Source: Pelagomonas calceolata
Lineage: Eukaryota
Direction of reading: 5' to 3'
Assembly: GCA_918797485.1 (NCBI GenBank)
Contig: CAKKNE010000005.1
Span: 806,001-870,000 of the forward strand
DNA: 64,000 nt
Under the pieces are notes generated by a model. That model was not told the DNA's origin. It made no database searches and was given only the letters and a program-made list of their open reading frames with translations. Positions within the stretch are counted from its first letter, which is position 1; each line of letters starts with the position of its first letter. Position numbers and translations under genes: made by a program. Shown here in pieces: positions 55,462 through 64,000 of this stretch.

Positions 55462-56538
55462 ATGACTACGCAAGACCTCGACGTCTCCGAGCCGCGGCGC
55501 CCGAACCCAGACACGGATGGCGCCGCTTGGGTGGTAGACGTCGTTAAAGGTGGCAGCAAGGTCCTCGCCACGCTGGACGTGACGGCCGAGCTCCTGCCGC
55601 CGCGAAAAAATGCGAAAGGGCGCGTCGTGTGGTCGCTGCCGGCCGAGATCGGGCAGCAGCCGCGCCTCGGCCTCAAGGACAAGGAGCGCGTGCTGGAAGC
55701 GTATAAAGTGCAGCGCAAGAAGCGCAAGGAGGCGAACCACGAGAAGGCCAAGGAGCTCTCGAAGGCGCAGAAGAAGATTGAGAAGAAACAACGCTGGGCC
55801 GCGACGCGGCTCCAGGCGGAGGCGCGGCGCGGCTTCGCGCGCGACGCGATCCGCCTGAAGCGCCAGGAGCGCGCCGTCGAGGCGCTCGCCGGGTCGCCGC
55901 CGCCCTCTCCGCCGGCGCCGGCACGGCCGAGCGTCGGCGCGCGCGCCCGCGCCCGCGCCGCGGCGGCGCCCGCCGCCGCGCCGCCGGTCACGCCGCACGC
56001 GCCGCGGCCGCGCCCGCCGCCGGACCTCGCCGTCGACGCGCCGCTCGCGGACCGCCAGGCCTGGTGCGAACAGTGGAAGGCGCGCGTCGTGGCGCACCTC
56101 GACGACTTGGCTCGCGACGCGTGGGCGGCAGCGGCGCGGCGCGCGGACGCGGCGCCGCGCCCGGCGCCGGCCGCGGTCCAGCGTTATGCGCCGCCGCCAG
56201 CCGCGGCGCCGCCCGGGCCGCCGCCCGGCCTCCCGCCGGGCCTCGGGGCGCCCGTCGCGGCGCCGTCTGTGCCGGTGGCACCGCTCACGGCGGCGCCTGC
56301 CGCGCCCGGGGCTCTGCCGTACGGCGGCGACGTCCAGGCGGCGATGCGCAACCAGGACCGGGCCGCAATCCGCCAGATCATGAAAGCGCGCGGGACGCAA
56401 GAGACGCGGCGCGCGTCGGCGCCGGCCGCGCTGCCGCCGCCGGGCCTCGCGCAGTCGACGTCCCAGCCGACGGAGTTGCCGGAGATGCCGGAGACGATTT
56501 CATTCCTCCGGTCGTCGCCGCTCGGCATCCGGCTCTGA
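55462..56538 (+). CDS. hypothetical basic/Pro-Ala-rich protein
   Basis: ATG-initiated ORF with biased codon use. Confidence 0.45.
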   Translation: MTTQDLDVSEPRRPNPDTDGAAWVVDVVKGGSKVLATLDVTAELLPPRKNAKGRVVWSLPAEIGQQPRLGLKDKERVLEAYKVQRKKRKEANHEKAKELSKAQKKIEKKQRWAATRLQAEARRGFARDAIRLKRQERAVEALAGSPPPSPPAPARPSVGARARARAAAAPAAAPPVTPHAPRPRPPPDLAVDAPLADRQAWCEQWKARVVAHLDDLARDAWAAAARRADAAPRPAPAAVQRYAPPPAAAPPGPPPGLPPGLGAPVAAPSVPVAPLTAAPAAPGALPYGGDVQAAMRNQDRAAIRQIMKARGTQETRRASAPAALPPPGLAQSTSQPTELPEMPETISFLRSSPLGIRL

Positions 56539-56670
56539 TCAACGCACGGCCTCGTCGTCGCCAAGAGTAATGTATTTTAAGAGACATCCGAGTCAAGCAA
56601 TCGAAACTTATTCGGTAGGGGGGGGGAGCGCGCCATGTCAGGGGCTCGAAGCCCCGTCGGCGCACGAAAT

Positions 56671-56925
56671 CTAGACGCCCATGTAGCCGTCGTCCTCGTC
56701 CTCGTACTCGCCCTCCTCCTCGGCCGTCGCGTCCTGGTACTGCTGGTACTCGGACACGAGGTCGTTCATGTTCGACTCGGCCTCGGTGAACTCCATCTCG
56801 TCCATGCCCTCGCCCGTGTACCAGTGGAGGAAGGCCTTGCGGCGGAACATGGCCGTGAACTGCTCGGCGACGCGCTTCCACGTCTCCTGGATGGCCGTGC
56901 TGTTGCCGATGAACGTCGTCGACAT
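56671..56925 (-). pseudogene. TUBB: isolated beta-tubulin C-terminal fragment (84 aa, intact ORF)
   Basis: '[61 protein letters not shown]' plus acidic tail; no tubulin coding sequence upstream. Confidence 0.85.
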
Positions 56926-57373
56926 ACGCTCGGCGCGTGGTCGCGCTGTTTTTGGGCGTTACGGTTTTTTCCGCGACGAGCGGGGTCCGGATAGGCATTT
57001 TTTACGTCGCCCTCGCCCGTCAGGCCGCCGCGCCCAGCCCTGGGGATGGTGCGCCGGCCGTCCGAGAGACGCTCGGGGCGGCGCGGCGTCCAGCGCGGCG
57101 ACGCCGTTAATGTCGTGATTTACGGTTTGATCTCTCCACAATCACCGCGCGCCGCCGCGCCGCCGGCGCCACGCGTCTCAACCGTTACTGGCGAGTCATT
57201 GAAGGCACGCCCGCACGAGAAGACGCGGCGGCGGTGCCTGAGCGCCAAAAGCCTGAAATTGCCGCGGGCCAGCGGTCAAAATGTAGAATCAATCCGAGGC
57301 TCCCAAGAGCGATGATTCCACGCCGCAGACGTCCTCTTAATCGATTGGGCCGCGAGACCGTCGATTCTGCTTG

Positions 57374-57395
57374 CTAGTGTCTTACATGCCGCTAG
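57374..57395 (+). promoter_or_regulatory. CTAG-bounded intergenic motif copy
   Basis: ctagtgtcttacatgccgctag. Confidence 0.55.
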
Positions 57396-57637
57396 CCCCC
57401 CATCACGAGCGCCGGCGCTTTAACTCGCAGCCAGCATCAGCCGAGCAGCGATTGACCACGTTTCGCAGCAGTTCACACCACTGCGACAGCAACAAGCATC
57501 GCAGAGCAACTATCGCCATCGCTGCGGCACGTTTAAGCCTGTTTTGTGACAGTGCTCTCTGAACACAATCCGTCGCACGAGCTTGCGCAGGGCTCGTCGT
57601 CGGCGAGGACCACGCCCAAAACGGCGTTCTAAGCGTA

Positions 57638-58570
57638 ATGGCGCTCCTCATGGACTACGCAAAAGCCCTCTTCGACATAGCCATGATCATCGCGGTGCAG
57701 GCATTGATGCTCGCCCAGGTGAGCTTCGGCTACTACCGTTTGAAAGGCGAAGTACCGGAAGGCGTCACGGTCCGAGACCGAGAACCCCTACCCAAGGAAT
57801 CCACTCTATCGATAGTGATTCCGGCGTACCGCGAAGCCGATACCATAGAAGCTACCTTAAGGCGGGTAGCGCAGGCGGCCAGCTGGCCGAGCAGATGTGA
57901 GGTCATTGTGGTCGATGCCGGAGGCGGCGACGACACGCTACCCATCGTGCGACGATTGAAAAAAGAGCTCGACTTTGACATACAAATCACAACGTCGACG
58001 GGCGGCCGCGGCCCCGCCGTCGCCGCCGGCGCCGCGAAGGCCAAAGGCCAAGCATTGCTCGTTCTGCACGCCGACACGCTGCTGCCCTACGCCTTCGACG
58101 ACCGCATCATCGAAGCGTTGGGCGCGAACTACGCGTGCTGCTTTAGATTTGCGGTCGACCGGACCCAGATTCACTGGAAAGGATTATTACGGTGGCTGCG
58201 CCTCGTACCGTTCGAGGTCATGGATCGGACCGTATTCATAAGGTCGGGCTTCTTCCAGCTGCCCTTCGGCGACCAAGCCATAGCCTGCCGGAAGACGACG
58301 TACGCGGCGCTCGGCGGCTTTGATGAATTGGCACGGGCGCCCATGCTCGAGGATTATCTGTTGGTGCAGAAATTACGAAGGCTGGGCAAGGCGTTGGGGG
58401 CGCGCTGCATCACCCAGCTCGGGGCGCCGGCGCGGTGCCACCCGCGGCGCTGGCTCGCGCGGCCCGTCTGGCGCGTCAACTGGACGAACCAGGTGATCAT
58501 GGTGCAAGTGAACTACCGGGGCCTGACGCCGCAGCAGGTCTTCGAGCTGTACTACGGGCGGCGCGTGTAA
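57638..58570 (+). CDS. GT2 glycosyltransferase, TIGR04283-like
   Basis: 'LSIVIPAYRE', 'EVIVVDAG..DDT', 'GRG....GA', 'LLVLHADT', 'LPFGDQA....Y..LGGF', 'PMLED', 'RRW'. Confidence 0.85.
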   Translation: MALLMDYAKALFDIAMIIAVQALMLAQVSFGYYRLKGEVPEGVTVRDREPLPKESTLSIVIPAYREADTIEATLRRVAQAASWPSRCEVIVVDAGGGDDTLPIVRRLKKELDFDIQITTSTGGRGPAVAAGAAKAKGQALLVLHADTLLPYAFDDRIIEALGANYACCFRFAVDRTQIHWKGLLRWLRLVPFEVMDRTVFIRSGFFQLPFGDQAIACRKTTYAALGGFDELARAPMLEDYLLVQKLRRLGKALGARCITQLGAPARCHPRRWLARPVWRVNWTNQVIMVQVNYRGLTPQQVFELYYGRRV

Positions 58571-58662
58571 AGTGATTGTTAGTACACCACCGACTCGCGC
58601 CGATCGCGGTGACGGCGTGCTGGGGGGTCTAGACCGCCATTGCGCCATCGGCGCAGGCTAGT

Positions 58663-60327
58663 TTACAAAATTACTTCCGCGAGCGCGACGTCGGGCGGTT
58701 CGCGCGGCGCGTCCGATAGCGGTATTGTACTAAAGTCCCGGAAGACTTTGGCCGCGGACTCGTTGCAAGGCGGTCCAACAATAGCCCCGTCATCAAAGGC
58801 GTTGCGCGCCACGCACGCTCTATGACGTTGCCCGCGCACGTGGTTTGCTAGGGCGTCGGCCCTCGCCAGGCCCGCGCCACATACCACACACCTCCGCACG
58901 CCGTTGACCAAGGGCGCCACCCGGGCCGGTCCCGCGAGGGCGTTGACCCAGGCCTTTTCGTCGTAGGCCCGCGGCGGGAGGCCCTGGCTCGACCGCGACG
59001 GCGGCGGCTTTGGTAAAGACGTCGCGATTTTCGAGGCGAGGCGCTTCGTAGCTTCGGTCAACATGCTACAAGCTTCATCGTCGCCGCCTTCCTTACAAGC
59101 CAATGCGACGGCCTCCGCCGTCGAGCAGCGGCCCGGGCCGGAGCCTTCGTGTAAAGCGTCGACGAGAGGCGAGTGCATGCTTTTGATCGACGCCTCCGAC
59201 AATTGTAGACGTTTCGGTTTCGGTAGACCCAGGAACGATGCCCGCTTCTCTAAAGCATCGACCACAGCCTGGGCACGCTGCCAGGACCCGTCTGGGATTA
59301 GGACTGTCCCGCGCCACGTTGCTGGTGATATGGTGACCGCTTCATCACTAGGAAAGAGTACGGAAGCGCCACTTTGTAGGGCACTATCCACTTCACCAGT
59401 ATGGACGCCCCAGACCGTAAAGGAAGCGCGCTGGAGCAGCATCGGTATTAAAGGAGCCGAGGCCGTCGTCCTCATTAACTCAGAAGGGTGCGCCACGACG
59501 ACTAATTTGGGCGAGCATTCGACGGGCGCGTCGAACAGCTCGGCGCACGCACAGGGCCGCGACCAGCACATGCCGCACGTCTTCGCGGCGTGTCTCATTG
59601 TACATCGGGCTAATTCCGGCGCCTTGTCTAGTAGGGCATCGCCCGTCTCGAAAGTTGTATCAGGACAAGAAGCGCACTGGTCGACGGCGGCGGCGAACAT
59701 GAGCCGCTGGGGCCTTCGTTGCGGCACGGACGCGCACACGACCGCGATTGAGGCGCGGCCGCGATGGAACGACCCCTCAAACAGGTCCCGCTCACGCTCG
59801 CACGCGTCGACGACGTCGAGGCCGAGCTCCTCCCGTATCGTGGAGATGGAGGCGAGGCGGTCGGTAGTAGGACCGGGCACCGCGTTCTGCACATGTATGT
59901 GTTCACTACCGAAGCCGACGTAGAGGTAGCGCCCGCCCGGCTGCAGCGCCTTTCCTATCATAGCGTGGGCCTCCTTTCGCTCGTCGGCCGTACTATAGGC
60001 GCAGAAGACGCTCACTATGACATCGTACGGCCCGGTGGCCAAGGCGCCCATAGCGTCCGCTTTTAGGGTTTGTATGCGAACATTTCTAGCAGTAGCGAGC
60101 CTCTCCGCCTTCTCCAGCGCTTTTTTAGAGGGATCGCTGGCGACGCACTCGAAGCCTTTCGAAGCCAGATAGACGGCGTTGCGGCCTTCGCCCTCGCCGA
60201 TCAACAACACGCGGCCTTGACCAGGCAGCCATCTTTTCGCAACGGCTTCTACCACACATGCGTTCGGGTCCTTGCCGTACACATATTTCCCCGTGGATGA
60301 ATAGCGGTGGTCCCAGTCGACCGGCAT
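58663..60327 (-). CDS. fusion: class I SAM methyltransferase + DTW (tRNA acp-transferase-like) domain + C2H2 finger
   Basis: 'WDHRY...YVYGKDPN...LIGEGEGRNAVYLA'; 'CGMC...CAC...HPSE...LFPS...DGSW..A...STAEA'; 'CVVC...HVRGQRH'. Confidence 0.8.
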   Translation of the reverse strand: MPVDWDHRYSSTGKYVYGKDPNACVVEAVAKRWLPGQGRVLLIGEGEGRNAVYLASKGFECVASDPSKKALEKAERLATARNVRIQTLKADAMGALATGPYDVIVSVFCAYSTADERKEAHAMIGKALQPGGRYLYVGFGSEHIHVQNAVPGPTTDRLASISTIREELGLDVVDACERERDLFEGSFHRGRASIAVVCASVPQRRPQRLMFAAAVDQCASCPDTTFETGDALLDKAPELARCTMRHAAKTCGMCWSRPCACAELFDAPVECSPKLVVVAHPSELMRTTASAPLIPMLLQRASFTVWGVHTGEVDSALQSGASVLFPSDEAVTISPATWRGTVLIPDGSWQRAQAVVDALEKRASFLGLPKPKRLQLSEASIKSMHSPLVDALHEGSGPGRCSTAEAVALACKEGGDDEACSMLTEATKRLASKIATSLPKPPPSRSSQGLPPRAYDEKAWVNALAGPARVAPLVNGVRRCVVCGAGLARADALANHVRGQRHRACVARNAFDDGAIVGPPCNESAAKVFRDFSTIPLSDAPREPPDVALAEVIL

Positions 60328-60509
60328 CGCTGTGTTCAGTAGCGTGCCATGGCTTGCGATGCTTGCACTGCGGCTATTGGCGCTGCACGGGCTCGAGACG
60401 CACCGAATCGAACAGCGAAGCTCTGTGAAACAACGTTTGCGTCCGTCGCAAAACAGCGTGTGCCGGGGATCGTGGCTAGACGTCGTCAAAACACAGCGCC
60501 ACAGATTAG

Positions 60510-60531
60510 CTAGCGGCATGTAAGACACTAG
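60510..60531 (-). promoter_or_regulatory. CTAG-bounded intergenic motif copy
   Basis: ctagcggcatgtaagacactag, the exact reverse complement of the 57374 copy. Confidence 0.55.
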
Positions 60532-60666
60532 AAAGACCGGCAATTCTTTGCATCGAGCTGCGCGTGTCGGTTGTCGTTGGCTTGAATTGGCGCTAAGTGG
60601 CGCGCCCTCCTATTCTCGACGAAGCCGGTCCTACGCCCGGATTGCATCAATCATTGCCAGGAAATA

Positions 60667-62133
60667 TTGGCTTGCCTTCGCGTCAGAATCATCTTTTCGC
60701 TGCCCGGGTTCTTGTCACCGCCCGAGCCCACCGTCGAGGACGTGGCCGCGATGGCCGAGGCGCTACCAGACGAGTTGCATGGCAAGGTCTGCGTGCAGGG
60801 GCCGCGATGGCTGAAGGACCGGTTGAAGGCCCGCTTCGCCCCGATGGCCGACGCCGGCGCCGACCCGCTCGTCGATTGCGACGGGAGCCCTCTCGCCCCG
60901 TGGTCGACGTTCACCAGCAAGCCCGATGTGCCTGTCGGCTCGAACGACTCGCTTCATGTTCTACTCCATGGCCTGGGCCCCGCGGAAGGCTGGCGGACCC
61001 TCGCGCGCGACGGCACGCGAGCGACCTTTTACTGGACCGACGGCAACAGATACAAAGTGCGCCCATACAAGAAGACGTGGACGGGGTGGCGCATGACGCG
61101 TGAAACTTCAGGTGTCGGCGAGTGTGGGCTGGAGGTGACGCGCCTCGCCCTCCCCGTGGGCCTCGGGACGGTGCAAATGGGCCTCGACCGTCAGAACCCG
61201 CCCGACCCGGAGTCGACCACCCTGCATCTACTCGTGAGCCAAGAAGATTGCGCCAGCGGCATGAGCGGCGTCGAGCGCATGCTGAAGCCGGAGGTGATAG
61301 AGTCCGCCACCGAGATTCGAGTAGCGATGGGCGTGATCAAGGGGGGTGGCGGGACGTGTCCCAGCAACCGCTTCGACCCAATCACGATCGAACTCGCCGC
61401 CCCGATCGGCCAGCGGAAGATCTTCGACGGGCTTTTTTTGCTTCCGAGGCCCCTAAAGTTGCCGGAGATGCCCCCGCGGGTGTGCGCGCGGGCGGACGAA
61501 GCGGCTCTCCGGCCGCCGCGACGCGTCGAGGAGCCGCTCTTCCGGGCCGGACGCCGCGTCGTCATCGCCGCAGAGGCGCCCGGGGGCCGACCGACGACGC
61601 GCGAGGAGTACAAAGCCTGGTTCGAACAGGTCGAGAGCCTGGTCGACGCGCGCTGCACGGGCTGTGCCTGCTGCTCCTGGGACGGAGAGAACTATTCAGA
61701 GTGCCGCCCGAGTACGGAAGCCTACCCTTGCGACCAACCTACTGAATACTGCGTGTGGTGCGAGGACGGCGGGGAGACGCCGATGCCGGGCCGATGGACG
61801 ACGCACGGCCGGCAGTGCCAGATGTACGAGCGCCTCCTCGACGGACGACGAGACACCGTGATAACCAGGCGCGCCAAGACCCTCGCCATCCTCAAGGACT
61901 TTTACGGGCGCGCCAACCCCGACAAGGTCGTCGACTTCTTGGGGAGAAGCGTCGCGAACGCGGGGGCCATCGCCACGGAGTACGAGGGCTTCGAGGAGCT
62001 CCTCTACGATCGGTTAGAAAGACAGTACAAGTACGTGCCTGGCGGGCCGTTTAAGGTCTGGCGCACGGGGCCGCCGTTCCCGGCGCCCGAGGCGCCGGAG
62101 CCCGCCGCGATCGATGAATCCCCCGTTTTATAA
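60667..62133 (+). CDS. hypothetical protein with Cys cluster and C-terminal 'FY...NPDK...Y.G.E..L..RL..QY' domain
   Basis: Long ORF, start uncertain; the C-terminal domain resembles that of the 41044-41736 protein. Confidence 0.55.
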   Translation: MACLRVRIIFSLPGFLSPPEPTVEDVAAMAEALPDELHGKVCVQGPRWLKDRLKARFAPMADAGADPLVDCDGSPLAPWSTFTSKPDVPVGSNDSLHVLLHGLGPAEGWRTLARDGTRATFYWTDGNRYKVRPYKKTWTGWRMTRETSGVGECGLEVTRLALPVGLGTVQMGLDRQNPPDPESTTLHLLVSQEDCASGMSGVERMLKPEVIESATEIRVAMGVIKGGGGTCPSNRFDPITIELAAPIGQRKIFDGLFLLPRPLKLPEMPPRVCARADEAALRPPRRVEEPLFRAGRRVVIAAEAPGGRPTTREEYKAWFEQVESLVDARCTGCACCSWDGENYSECRPSTEAYPCDQPTEYCVWCEDGGETPMPGRWTTHGRQCQMYERLLDGRRDTVITRRAKTLAILKDFYGRANPDKVVDFLGRSVANAGAIATEYEGFEELLYDRLERQYKYVPGGPFKVWRTGPPFPAPEAPEPAAIDESPVL

Positions 62134-62175
62134 TAAAACACGAAAGCAGCAGTCTTAGGCGCGGGGGAGTTCATT

Positions 62176-62799
62176 CTAGAACGACGCGCCGTAAGCCGGC
62201 GGCGCGGCCGGCGCCTGGGGCCGCTCCCAGTGCGTCGTCTTCGTGTTGTGGTCGACGTAGTAGGGCTTGCCGTCGGGCGTCTTTTTTTCTTCCCAGCCCG
62301 GCGGTAGAGGTGCGGCGCCGTAGGCGGGCGGCGGCGCCTGCGCGACGGGCGCGGGCTGCGCGACCTGGGCCACCGGCGCCGCGACCTGGGCCACGACCGG
62401 CACCTTCGCGAGGAACTGGCCGCCCTCAGGCACGCCCTCGGGCACGGTCACGTAGTACTGCCCCCCGTCGATGTCGACCTCGATGCTCGTGCCGGCGGGC
62501 ACGCCCTGCGGGCGCTCGACCTGGACCATTCTTTCATTCTGCTGTAGTACCACACCCTGCGGCGGCGCCACGACGACGACGGGCCGCCCGTAGCGGTGGT
62601 AGCGCGCCGGCCGCGTGCGGCTGGCGAGGATGACGGCTCCAGCGGTCAATCCAACAGCGGTGGCGAGCGGGCGCCGCGGCGCGAAAAATCCACCCAAACC
62701 CCAGCCTGCTCCTCTAACAGGCGCCCGGCGCACGCCGCCCCCATGGAAGCCGCCGCGGTGGCCGCCGCCCCGATGCCCGCCGTGGGCTCCTTTGCCCAT
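62176..62799 (-). CDS. Gly/Pro-rich WW-domain protein
   Basis: '[30 protein letters not shown]'. Confidence 0.85.
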   Translation of the reverse strand: MGKGAHGGHRGGGHRGGFHGGGVRRAPVRGAGWGLGGFFAPRRPLATAVGLTAGAVILASRTRPARYHRYGRPVVVVAPPQGVVLQQNERMVQVERPQGVPAGTSIEVDIDGGQYYVTVPEGVPEGGQFLAKVPVVAQVAAPVAQVAQPAPVAQAPPPAYGAAPLPPGWEEKKTPDGKPYYVDHNTKTTHWERPQAPAAPPAYGASF

Positions 62800-63080
62800 T
62801 CTTACTCTTGTCTGGGCAGCCCTACGCAGCCAAATTTGCGGAGAGCCAGCTCGAGCTCGGAGAAGAGAAGAGAATTCCTCGTGCGGGTTGCAGACGGACG
62901 CGTCCGTCGCGTCGTCTGGAGCAAATTCACCTTCGTCGTGGTCCCGGGGCAGCGTTGGCTGGACGGCGTGGCAGGTGAGGCGCGTTTCGGTCGTCTCGCG
63001 TCGTGTCCGCGACACAAACAGGGGCCACTGGTCCTAGCACCGAACAACATTACAGGGACAAACAGAGACATTACACATGG

Positions 63081-63914
63081 CTACGACGACGCGCGCATCG
63101 CGGCAAGCTCCTCGGAAAACGCCACGACGGCCGGCCCCAGCTCGTCACGCCAAAACGCGCGGTCGCGCGGCACGCGCAGAACCCGCAGATCGTGCGGCAC
63201 CCACAGCACGAGGTCGCACCAGTCTCGCTCGCAGACCTCCATCTGGCCCTGGACCTGGGCGAAGTAGCGGTTCGGACACTTGGTCAGCGGCGCGAGCTGC
63301 CGCTTGTGCCGCCGCGACCACAGGCACTTGACTTCGAGCAAGCCCGCTTCGCCCGTCGCGCGGTCGACGACGAGGCCGTCGGGCGACGCGCCGTACTTGA
63401 GTGACGCGTCGGTCCACAGGCCGGTCGCCGCGACGTCGTGGCCCGTCTTCCGCGCGTAGGCTTTGATAGCAGTGCTCTCGTGGCGCTTCCCGAACTCGAT
63501 GGGTTGGCCGCCGAGTTTCGGCCGTGGGACCTTGCCGGCCTGCCACCGCAGCACCTCCTCGCGCGACGAAAATTTGTGCTTGTCTCGCGCCGCGTCGAAT
63601 TCCGACGCGGTTAGATCAAGCGCCGCTCTACACTTCAACCAGGCCGCCTCGTCGACGCGCTGCGATAGATCTCTCGTGTCAATGTCGACGGTGCGACCGT
63701 CGAGATCGAGCTTTGCGGTGTTTTGTCCTGATATCGTGGCGTGGCGCACGGGTCCGAGGTCGAGGCCAAGCGATTCCGTGACGCGGCCGGGCTTTTCGGC
63801 GTCCGGCTCGTCTTTTGCCCGTTGCGTCTTGGTGTTGCGGCCCCATTTCTTGAGGCGTGTGGGTGCGGCGAGCGCTGCTGCTGCTGTCGCGACGAATGCG
63901 ATGCGCAGGAGCAT
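63081..63914 (-). CDS. YqaJ/lambda-exonuclease-family nuclease with signal/plastid-type leader
   Basis: 'W...R...LTASEF', 'FG..HE..A...Y', 'YGASPDGLV', 'LLEVKC', 'YFAQVQGQM...W.D'. Confidence 0.88.
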   Translation of the reverse strand: MLLRIAFVATAAAALAAPTRLKKWGRNTKTQRAKDEPDAEKPGRVTESLGLDLGPVRHATISGQNTAKLDLDGRTVDIDTRDLSQRVDEAAWLKCRAALDLTASEFDAARDKHKFSSREEVLRWQAGKVPRPKLGGQPIEFGKRHESTAIKAYARKTGHDVAATGLWTDASLKYGASPDGLVVDRATGEAGLLEVKCLWSRRHKRQLAPLTKCPNRYFAQVQGQMEVCERDWCDLVLWVPHDLRVLRVPRDRAFWRDELGPAVVAFSEELAAMRASS

Positions 63915-64000
63915 TGTGCAGTAGCGCGTGGCAGTACGGCGTGCGTAGGAGCAGGGTGCAGTGCGCAGTGCGACAGTGCAGTGAGCAGTGAGTGAGTGCA

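Overview
Gene-dense, GC-rich eukaryotic DNA with about 45 mostly single-exon genes. I infer a photosynthetic, flagellated stramenopile, most likely a pelagophyte (Pelagomonas/Aureococcus-like). The basis is bipartite signal+plastid transit peptides, the flagellar genes CFAP418 and CFAP300, CDC5L, and introner-type introns. Recognisable products include CDC5L, a SAMHD1-like dNTPase, plastid RPE, an EGY-like M50 protease, a tandem dPGM, a sulfotransferase, a YqaJ nuclease, TIGR04282- and TIGR04283-like glycosyltransferases, and CatB-like and DTW fusion proteins. Three non-coding signals stand out. (1) A family of short TIR elements (CTGTGTGGAAATCAA...TTGATTTCCACACAG, 8-bp target-site duplication) sits inside genes and can be spliced out exactly as introns in either orientation. 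(2) A 20-23 bp CTAG-bounded motif (CTAGTGTCTTACAnnnGCTAG) occurs in 14 clear copies, all outside supported coding sequence and mostly just upstream of genes. (3) A CACGCCATCGACGCG core is shared by the TIR elements and by ordinary-looking introns. There are also several orphan gene fragments (beta-tubulin C-terminus, an FNR/cytochrome b5 reductase tail, a HAD N-terminus). All protein calls come from motif recognition by eye; no database searches were run.
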